Origin: Basidiobolus meristosporus CBS 931.73
Taxonomy: Eukaryota; Fungi; Basidiobolomycota
Length of the DNA: 64,000 nt
Assembly: GCA_002104905.1 (NCBI GenBank)
Contig: MCFE01000385.1
Location: 19,470 to 83,469, forward strand
Direction: 5' to 3'
Numbering within the stretch: the first letter of the stretch is position 1; each line of letters opens with the position of its first letter. Below are positions 49,660 through 58,911 of this stretch, piece by piece. A program made the translations under genes and the position numbers. The notes under the pieces were generated by a model. The model was not told where the DNA came from and made no database searches. It saw only the letters and a list, made by a program, of their open reading frames with translations.

Positions 49660-51339
49660 ATAAAGAGGGGTGAATATAATGGGATAAATTAATAGCACAG
49701 GTGCAGGTAGGAAAAGAAAATGCCATTTGGCAAGTTAGTACAGTAGGAGTGTACAGTGCTGCCTGTGGAGTGCTATACTGCCATAATAATACCAATAGAT
49801 GTCCATGAGGAGGTTGTCAAAACACCCTCAAGCTTCTTGCCTTATAACAAAATTGGATGTATTGAAGTGTCAGTTCCACCCATACAAAGGTAAAGCACAC
49901 AAAGAGCATCAAAATACCATGTAATTTTTATCAAAAGACCATTTATATACCACTCATTTTACCTTTGTTGCATAAAAATCTCCAAAATGCGGTCAAATTA
50001 CCATTATAAGATTATCAAGGGACTATGTTTCCAACCTATTGGCATTATGACAACCTCAGTGCAGGATCCCAATGGCTAATATGAATAGGATCTGCCTCTA
50101 TGACCAAAATTATATTTAACAAGATCTCTCAGAAAGTATTCTCATTAAAATTTGCCACTTAGAGAGTATCTACCATGATGCCTTTTTCCAGTACTTTGGC
50201 AGGATCCTACAGCTTTGTGCCTTTGCACATTCACTGCCTCCCTTATGGCATAGACTTCAGCTTGCACACTAAGGTCTAGCATCTCATCTGCTAGTTTTTA
50301 CAATAATTGCTTGCAATATTGAAGTGTATTTTCTTGGCCACTTCTCTTGTGGTAGGACTGTGACCACTTAGTCTATGAATTACTTTGACAACATTCCACT
50401 GCATACATAATGATAATACTCTGATTTCATGTCATGATTGTCCGGCCTGAAGGGGAATCTTTATTCTGTGTATAATGAAACATAAGGAGGCCATGGTAGA
50501 CATATTGTTTGTTTTTGCAAAGTTATCTTACTCACTGAAAGGTGGCTAAATTGGCTATGCATCAGACTCAGACAAAAACTACTGTCATCTAGCTAATAAT
50601 TTTTCTTTGATTTTATGGGATGCTGCTGCTGTAGGTTCAAAGCATTATCTATCAAGAACAAAAGCATTTTTCTCTCATTGTATTGTCTCTGGCATGTGTA
50701 GATACTTTGGGTGCTCTTTGCCTCTACTGCAACCACTGCCAGTTACTTTACTGCTATTTTGACTGAGTACTTCACAGACAGCACTATTCATCTCCCATAA
50801 TACAGGCAGCACTGGGCAATCCTATTCTGCCTGATTACCTTCACAAGCACTCTGCTGGCTACCTGATGCTTTCTACCTCTTGTGACAAACTTTCAACCTA
50901 GCCTGAAACAGGCTTCCAAGCAGACCTCAGGTCCTTAGCCAGAGCAAATTTGCTTTTAAGCCTGTAATAGTTTCTACTGATCTCTGGGTATCTGCTTGAC
51001 AAGCCAATGCAGGCCCATTCTTTCTTTGTTTATTTGAATCCAGACAATTGCTCATGGAATAGGTAAAGCACGCTGTACTGGTCTTTGAGTTTGGAAACAG
51101 CCCTTGGTATATGAGTCATCAATTGAATGATTGCCAGACTAAGTCAGGACCTCCTGATCATTGTATCACTGGTCATCATTACGCTCAACTGCTTCCTAGA
51201 TCTACAATGACTTTTGATTTTTAGGGCCTGTAATATGTATTACTGACTCAGATCCACAACAATAACTAGTATGACCTACTACCTACCAGTATAAGTTTTA
51301 ACCTACTAAATTCCAGCAATGTTGATACAGGAGAGTTTA

Positions 51340-51800
51340 GCAATACACACTCAGAGCAGCATCTTAAAGAGGTATCCAGATGTCTCTGATGCCAGTACTA
51401 AGAAGAGATACCTCTACCTCAGTTTCTCAAAGGTCCTGGCTGCTCTGAATGATTTTTCATGTAGGCTTTCACAGCAGCTTGTGAGCTTACCTCTAGTCAC
51501 AAATGTTGATTGCGCCATTGACACAGGGGAAAGCTCTCTGATGACCTCAACACTTTCAAGAATCAGTTGGATGGAAATGTGGAAATGAGAGGACAAATAG
51601 ACCAACTGTTGGAATAAGGTCACTTTTGTTTCAGCATGTCTCCATGAGGGGCACCTATGCTCTCTACAAGGAAGAAAGATGCAGCACTTGTCATGTGCAT
51701 TAACAACAGAGACATGAACTAAGTTGCCATGAATAATTCTACTTCACATTTTAGATTGATGGGCCTTTGGACAGACTCAATGGTGTTGCAGTTGTATCCT
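51340..51800 (+). mobile_element. Degenerate Ty3/Gypsy RT fragment
   Basis: ILKRYPDV..LVSLPLVTNVDCAIDTG..GAPML..KKDAALVMCI parallels the RT start of the Gypsy at 61.3-62.5 kb. Confidence 0.7.
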
Positions 51801-52099
51801 AGTCTGCTGACAAGATCCAACCCTGAGCCCACTATAGTGATAGTAGCTAGGAGCTCTTGACTCCCTTTAGAATCTCACAGCAGCATTGCAATACTATTTT
51901 GCTGCATTTACTGCTAAACTTAATGGTGGTAGACAGTCTTTTACAGGTCTCACAGGGATTGCATGGTTGCAAGTCATTCTGAAAGAGGTTGACATTTGTT
52001 TAGGCAACTGTGACCAGTCAACAAATATGGTACATTGTATTGTAATAATCTGACTGTTATGTACTGCTCTTGAGGCAGACCTTGGTTGGATACATCAGG

Positions 52100-53570
52100 G
52101 CAGTACAGCAGTCTACAGTAAGTACTGCATAATCTTGTTCACTAATTTCTTAAGTAATTTTTCATTTCTCTACCTCCCTGTATACCATTCATACATTTTC
52201 TGTAGCATCATGCCACCTTGTTTGCTTGATCACTGCTATCATGGGTACTCCACCTTTATATCATATCAAAAGACTTAGCCTTCTGCTTCCTGTCCATTAC
52301 AAACACCCATACCCATTGCAATTAACACATTTCTATTACCTTAACATTTCAGTTTTCAGTGGATACTTGCTAAGCTGTAATTTACCTTGAATTGCTAGTA
52401 ACATATCCATCTTGCAAAGACATGTCTAGTTGTCATCACTTTTGCTATAGACTTGTTCCGTTGGATAGTGCCACATTGAGCCATGAGTGCCAAATGATAC
52501 CATAGTGTGCCAGAGAGGCCAATTGAGCCTCTACCTGGCCACAGAGTGTGAAACATAGCTCCGCATCTTCATGCAAAGCAGCCCCTGTGTTTCACTTATT
52601 GTGCTGGAGAAAATCCATTTTTTGCCCTTTTTTTTTGTATCAATGTTGTGCATGATATGTTAGATCACAAGCAGATTGAAGATATGCATCTGGTACTCAA
52701 TACCCAGGGCACTCTGAATCTAGCTCCTGTAGCTTGTATCATGTCACAAAAATGAATGGCACTATCTTGGTCCACTGGTACTATCTGGCACTATAACTGC
52801 TTTGTATAGGTTCTACTTTAGGGCTAATATTTAAATATAGTGCCAGATAGTACCAGTGGACCAAGATGGTGCCATTCATTTTTGTGACATGATACAAGCT
52901 ACAGGAGCTAGACTCAGAGTTCCATGGGTATTGAGTACCAGATGCATATCTTCAGTTCTCCTGTGCTCTTATACATCCTGAGCTACATTAATCCACAAAA
53001 AAAGGTCAAAAAATGGATTTTCTCCTGCGCAATGGGTGAAACACAGGGGCTGCTTTACATGAAGATGCAAAGCTATGTTTCACACTCTGTGGCCAAGTAT
53101 AGGCTCACTTGGCCACTCTGGCACACTATGGCATCATTTGGCACTCATGGCTCAATGTGGCACTATCCAATGGAACAAGTCTTATGAGTACGCCTTCAGC
53201 ATCTGCAAAATACTTGTTAGAAATTAATCTATACATCTCTTCTGCATCTGGACTTTAGCACTCTGATCACTGTGTTTCAGCTGTTGTGTGTCTGAATTTC
53301 ATTTTGCATGGTGTAGGAATTGATTATATAAAGGAGAAGCTGGGCATACTTTGAGCAAGTTGTTCTACAAAAGATTAGTTGCTTGTTGCAACCAACTTAA
53401 CCTTTCCTTACTTCACTTAGTATATATGAATTGGGCTGCTTGGCTGCAATATGCCAAAGGGATTGCACACCTGTACTCACAATTTTCAAGTTCTTCCTAG
53501 CTGTCCTCCATATGCCAGCTAACCATTTAGATGATAGACTAGAAGGTGGAACTTATTAAATTGGAAATAC
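52100..53570 (-). mobile_element. Second decayed fragment of the CACTA-like family, interrupted by the foldback element
   Basis: 52150-52445 and 53186-53570 are colinear with ~42950-43630. Confidence 0.65.
52449..53182. mobile_element. Non-coding foldback (MITE-like) element, 734 bp: 347-bp inverted arms plus 40-bp loop, 3-bp TSD TAT
   Basis: Arms 52449-52795 and 52836-53182 are imperfect reverse complements. Termini AGACTTG..CAAGTCT, TAT at 52446-48 and 53183-85. Host sequence is contiguous once the element is removed. Confidence 0.88.
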
Positions 53571-54260
53571 ATAAGAATATAAAAGTAGTTGAAGAAAGGA
53601 TGCTAAATGCTGTAAAAATCATTGAATTTGACATCTAAAATATGCTTGAAAAATTAAGTAATCAAGAAAATACTGGGGAAAAATTTGTAAATTTGGAAAA
53701 TTGTTGTCCAGTAATATTGATATCTAGTGTAAATAAAGGTAAAATTTGTGAATCAAAATGCATACCAGGTAAGAAAAAATGTAGCAGATACAGAAAGTAT
53801 AACAACCAAAATTTTAGCAATGATACATGTGAAATTAAATTAATCTCTGGAAAATCAAAAGGAAAAAGTTGTAATGTTAAATGTGAACCAAATAGTAATT
53901 TCTGTGTCAGACACAGGAATTGTGTAACACCTAAACAATCATATTAAAATATAGAACTTAAACAATTGTCTGAAGATATAGCACCTAAAAAGTCATCTGA
54001 AAATATAACACCTCTACAGTTGTCTGAAAATATAGCACCTAAACAATTGTCTGAAAATATAGAACTCAAACAATTGTCTAAAAATATAGAACTTAAACAA
54101 TTTTCTGAAAATATAGATAATAAAGAAAAAATGTGTGAAGACTTAATAAAAATAATGTTAAAATAAGGTAATACTAATAATGAGGTTTAAAATTTTTCTG
54201 TATATGACATAGATTGGTTAAAACCAAATACTATTAATGAGATTGGATATAGCAGTGTTT
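53560..54260 (+). pseudogene. Very AT-rich decayed ORF with two C-x6-G-x2-K-G-x2-C-x9-10-C-x2-H-like modules and a 9-aa repeat; resembles large DNA virus (NCLDV) proteins
   Basis: One frame with TAA stops: ELIKLEIH..FDI*NMLEK..CPVILISSVNKGKICESKCIPGKKKCSRY..CEIKLISGKSKGKSCNVKCEPNSNFCVRH..Y*NIELKQLSEDIAPK..MLK*GNT. Confidence 0.55.
53942..54130 (+). repeat. Tandem array, about 7 x 27 bp (consensus TCTGAAAATATAGCACCTAAACAATTG = SENIAPKQL)
   Basis: Units are directly readable and in frame with the upstream Cys-rich ORF. Confidence 0.9.
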
Positions 54261-54508
54261 ACAGCTTGACTCTTATTGACATCTCCCCAAACATCTGTAC
54301 TACTGGTAATACTCAAACAGAGAAGCTAGGTTTGATGCTCTCTACACACTATGCAAGACAGTATCATAGAAGCATACAGTATCAGAAGATCTTTGCATTC
54401 TGCTTTATGTGTGTTAGATACTTGCTCCATTCTTGTCTAAGACTCCTTATCTATAAACAGTAATATGCGAAAGTGACATTAGTAAACACCCCTTGATATA
54501 CATTCCTG

Positions 54509-54874
54509 TAGTACAACTCTTGATATAAGAGTTGTAAAGGAATAGGAATTTTAGTAAGTGATGTAATCATTAAAACTTAAATTGATTTTGTACAGGTTCC
54601 AGCAGCTCCTGATATAAATATCAACAGATCAAGTGCAGACTAATTGTATTTTCTGATGTAGCTTGTTACAGATGACTTACTTGATTGCATCCTTGTCACC
54701 CAATTAGATCCTACTGTATATATTTTTTGTCTGAAAAGGCTTTGCTGATTCATCTGCTCCCCAATGCCACTGATTAATTAAATAATCACTACTATACTGG
54801 CAAACTGAATAAAAAATTGTTTGATTTGACTAAAAGCTGATCTAGCTTAAACATATAAGCAGTGAATCATTACA
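54509..54874 (-). mobile_element. Diverged solo Gypsy LTR
   Basis: Colinear with LTR 58912-59279. Flanks CCTG/ACTG (4 bp, one mismatch). Confidence 0.75.
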
Positions 54875-55299
54875 ACTGCAATGTCAGCTAACAGCCTGTT
54901 GAATTATTCAATTATTTAATATTATTCAGCAGCCAAGCTCCTATCTAACAATTCTAGACTGGCCTTAGCTACTCTAGAACACATTTACAGCCTAAATCTT
55001 GCCATTTTCTCTCTTATTGATGATGATTATTCCCATAGAGTCAAAATCAAATTAGCACACTTGCCAAACATTATGTATCAGCCCTGAAATGATTTCAGAA
55101 CTCTTCTGCATACTTAGAAATCCTCCCAACTGGGTGTTACATTTGTATTACTTCTACAAGCTTTGTTATAAATTAACAGCATCTTTTCTATGATCACTAC
55201 TTGTCAATAAGTTCCTCATATCCAAACACTTCACTGGTAGCATCATGACACCCAATGCTGTCAATGAAATCTTGCTAGATATTACTACAGAAGACCACT

Positions 55300-56050
55300 A
55301 GAATAAATACACAAATTGGCCCTGCACTTCAGGCATTAGTATTACTAGTTATGTGTATGAGTATTGATTGGAGCTTGTGAAAACTACTTTGGGTGGTAGA
55401 TGCTCTTTGGTAACTGGACAATCTACCTTATTTATCCAGTCTTTTAATGGGTTATTGTAGAATGAAATGCTCCATGGGCAACTGGGCCATTACTACTGGG
55501 CTATTGCTGAAATGTAATTGCCTTGCTCACAATGGAAACCATTGCTCAAACATACTACCTTGTTGCAATATATCTCAAATTTTTCCTGATTTCATATTCT
55601 GGTGCATGGTGTATTACTTCTTGGCCTTGCTGCAACTGCATGATGGCTTCAGTACTTTCTCTCTGTAGTACAATAATATCTTAGTGCTAAAACTTACCCA
55701 ATCATGAAGTGTGGGAGCTATAAAATACATCTCCTGGATCTCTCACAGTTTACAGCATTAACATCCACTGTGCCTGGAGAAGCCAGCTATCTTGCCAACA
55801 GCTGGATATAATCAATGCACATAATATTAAGAGCATTGACATGATAGCCATTGAACACTGCTATATAGCATACAAAACTAATCTCAACAATGAAAATAAG
55901 TAGATAGCTAGGCTAGACAAAGATTTGGGCCCTGATATCAGTACAACTACCATGCTATTTTGGCCTTGATAAGGTATAGCTGACAGTGGACTCAGGTTGA
56001 TGAGAATCAGTGGCCAGCAGCACTTGTTTGTAGAGCACTCATCTAGCAAG
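55300..56050 (+). mobile_element. Highly decayed Gypsy-like integrase relic
   Basis: Scattered motif echoes only (LQLHDGF, IAIEHC, ALVCRA). Confidence 0.35.
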
Positions 56051-56669
56051 AATTTTTTGGGTGTTGTAGCCAAGGTATATTCATCAATACCTTCGAAATA
56101 GCATTTGAATCTTTGTTGTGGCTAATGTGTGGACTCAGATACATTGTAAATGTTTGTGCTTGTTTAAAACTGAATGGAATACTATATAGCCTCACAGTAC
56201 CTACTGGACACCATGAGCAACTGCATAAGAATTGTTGGTCTGGGTAATGCTTTTGTATATACAAAATGCAATCAATATTTCCATTGTGTGACAGTGCACT
56301 CCTGCAGAGTTCAACACCTTGCAATAATGTTACATTCTGCAGCAATGCCACACAGTTGATAGCTCATACTGCCAAAATCTTGGACTATCCTGAAACTGTT
56401 AGAGTATGTGCCTAACTATTGAGAATCTTCAAAGTTTTAAGTGCAGCCAGTTGTGCTGCACTCCAAAGAGGTAATTGAGCATACAGGAAAAGAAAATCAA
56501 CTGCCTAAAGTCTCCATATCACATATTCTAGACATAGTAAAGATTCCACTAACAGACAAAGCAACAATGTCAAGAAGTCTGATTATTACCACAATACCTG
56601 TGGCAGAGCTTTGGGTAAGCATTAGGCTCCTCAAGGGGTTGCAGCGCATCTGTAACTTTGGTGCTTAAG

Positions 56670-57036
56670 TATTACAATATACTGCTTGATTGTGTAAATA
56701 GGATCAGTTTTAATTCAATCAAGTAGTATATGCTTAGTATATCAGTATATCAGTATTATCTATCAGATCAATAGTATTAGTCAGCAGATGAATCAGCAAG
56801 CCCTTATCATACAGAAATAGATATATCAAGTATCATATAGCTGGGTGATGATGATGTTATCAAATGAGTCATCAGCCACAACCTACATTGGGAAATACAA
56901 TTAGTCAGCAATTGATATGGCAAAATGTAGATAAGGAGCTGCTGGAACCTCAACAAAGATCAGTTCTAGTTTAAGTGGCTATAACTCTAGCCAAACTCCC
57001 TCTTGCTCTGCAACCCTTATATTGTAACTTGTAACC
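56670..57036 (+). mobile_element. Solo Gypsy LTR, opposite orientation, 4-bp TSD TAAG
   Basis: Reverse complement of the 58912-59279 LTR. TAAG at 56666-69 and 57037-40. Confidence 0.8.
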
Positions 57037-57446
57037 TAAGTAGATGTACTTGGCTTCTACAAGAGTATCTTGCAAGGACTGGCAATGTGCTGCTGAACCT
57101 TGTAATGCCATCTCAAAACCAGGATGTACAGGAATCTATAGACAAACTATGATATAAAACCACTAGAATCCAGCCAAATTTATTAGCCAGGGGCTTTACA
57201 GCAGTGGTGCAAATTGAACAGTGGATTTTAATGAACCTACTTGTTAGCTTGAGCTTTGGTATCATTCTGATATTTGGTAGAGCAACTTGAATAGGTTGGT
57301 GCATTCTGCCAGTAAACCTTAACTCAAGATTTAACAGAAATAAGCAAACTGGCTTAATGATACTCTGTATCTGGCTGGGAAAGCTTTTTACCTATCCTTT
57401 TCCCTTAGTTGTTGGCTCTGCCATGCCCTTGACTGTTACTTTATCT

Positions 57447-57658
57447 TGTTATAACCCTTGATATCAGAATTCTTGAGGAATAGGGTATTCAGCTAGTATT
57501 GTATTCACTAAAACATGAACTGATCTTGGTTGAGATCTCAGAAATTCCTTGTATGCATTCTGCTAGATGAATTAATGACTAATTTTATTTCCTAATATGT
57601 GTTGTGGCTGATAACTCACTTAATTCCATCATCATCACCCAATCAGTTCTCACTTAAT
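57447..57658 (-). mobile_element. Partial Gypsy LTR cut by a foldback insertion
   Basis: Matches the first ~210 bp of the LTR, then switches to AGACTTG. Confidence 0.75.
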
Positions 57659-58051
57659 AGACTTGCTCTGTTGGATAGTGCCACATTGAGCCATGAGTGC
57701 CAAATGATGCCATAGTGTGCCAGGAAGGCCAAGATAGCCTATACTTAGCCACAGAGTGTGCAGCATAGCTCTGCATTGTCATGCAAAGCAGCCCTTGTGC
57801 TTCACCCATTGTGTTGGAGAATATCCATTTTTTGACCTTTTTTTTAGGTCAATGTTGAACAGGATGTATAAGTGCACAAAAGGATTGAAGATATGCATCT
57901 GGTACTCAATACCCATGGCACTCTGAATCTAGCACCTATGGCTTGTAACATGTAACAAAAATGCATGGCACTATCTTGGTCCATGGTACTATCTGGCACT
58001 ATAAGTGCATTGTATTGATCTTACTTTAGGGCTAATAATCAAATATAGTGC
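57659..58051. mobile_element. Truncated foldback copy: left arm, loop and only 8 bp of the right arm
   Basis: 57659-58003 is colinear with 52449-52795. The loop (..TTTAGGGCTAATA..) is conserved. TATAGTGC is followed by unrelated sequence. Confidence 0.85.
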
Positions 58052-58359
58052 AGAAGTCAATGTTACACAACAGAACATTCTATGGAAGCTCCCCTTTAAT
58101 TTTTGTAGCTCAATACTATATATATATTGCATGTCTCAAAACCTAGTCACATGATCAACTGACCCCTGACAAATTCCCATGTGATATTCTAGTTTGTTCT
58201 TTTGTATATTTCTATCTTGGCACACATACTGTGCTTTCACCCCACAACCCCATCAGTATTAGCCAATATCTCTGGGCATCAATATTGCAAAAAGTACATA
58301 AAGTCCTATCCACCCTTATTTATTCTCAGTCTGATGAACACAGGTCAAAAATAAAGAGC

Positions 58360-58911
58360 CTTGCCTTGTTGATCCACACCTAAGTCCTTTCCTGGTCCTG
58401 CCTTGCCTAGCACTACTCTCCTGCCTTGTGTTGATTCATAACACCAACTGTCAATGCTTCTGGTGATATAATAATCTCAAATCTATGCTACATCTTTTTC
58501 TGTACTTTTGGAGAGTATAACCTGTGCCTCCTGATTTTTTTTTCTATTATTGATGTCTATTAGTCAGAATGCATTCATGATGAGTTTTGGCTGGGTAAAA
58601 TCTCCTGGAATCCTTGGATCACATGCATACACCAAGTAAAATGGCAGTTGTTGGATAGTATTGTGCACTTTGCTCTGCAGGCAAACAGTACTGGTTCTGT
58701 ATACTCATCCCGTCTACTTAGAGTTCCATTTGCATACATAGTCAGTATTTTTCCAAATGAATCATTAAACTGCTGAGTGACCCCATTAGTTGTAGGGTCA
58801 TATGCCAAAGTTTTCATGTGATTGATCTGCTCCATTTCCAGATAGGCTTCCAAAGTTTTGCCATAAAGCCCACTCCACTATCACACATGACTTCTACAGG
58901 GCATCAACTTC
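58360..58911 (-). mobile_element. Older Gypsy integrase fragment (same family)
   Basis: EAYLEMEQINHMKTLAYDPTTNGVTQQFN parallels ORF 59431-60018. Confidence 0.8.

Larger units (their letters stand above)
42545..50120 (-). mobile_element. Decayed CACTA/EnSpm-like DNA transposon with long diverged inverted terminal regions, split by Copia B; ends approximate
   Basis: Transposase relics at 43.5-44.9 kb: HWLLHLVWCVDNIGPCFTFWEFPMKQMYG..QVKLQVLPYPNL and IGTILQS..PINI..NWIGIYSSGLL. The interval ~42550-43020 aligns in inverted orientation with ~49665-50120. Confidence 0.6.

Noticed and set aside
50200-50330. Minus-strand SVQAEVYAIREAV resembling a non-LTR retrotransposon RNase H motif
   Set aside because: A single short motif with no supporting RT or endonuclease sequence nearby.
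35055-57036. RIP (CpA>TpA) as the mutational process
   Set aside because: A few TGTTG>TATTG LTR ends and possible CAA>TAA stops fit RIP. The A-versus-B comparison is dominated by CpG changes, the intact copy A shows no damage, and RIP is established mainly in Dikarya. A context-resolved substitution count would be needed.
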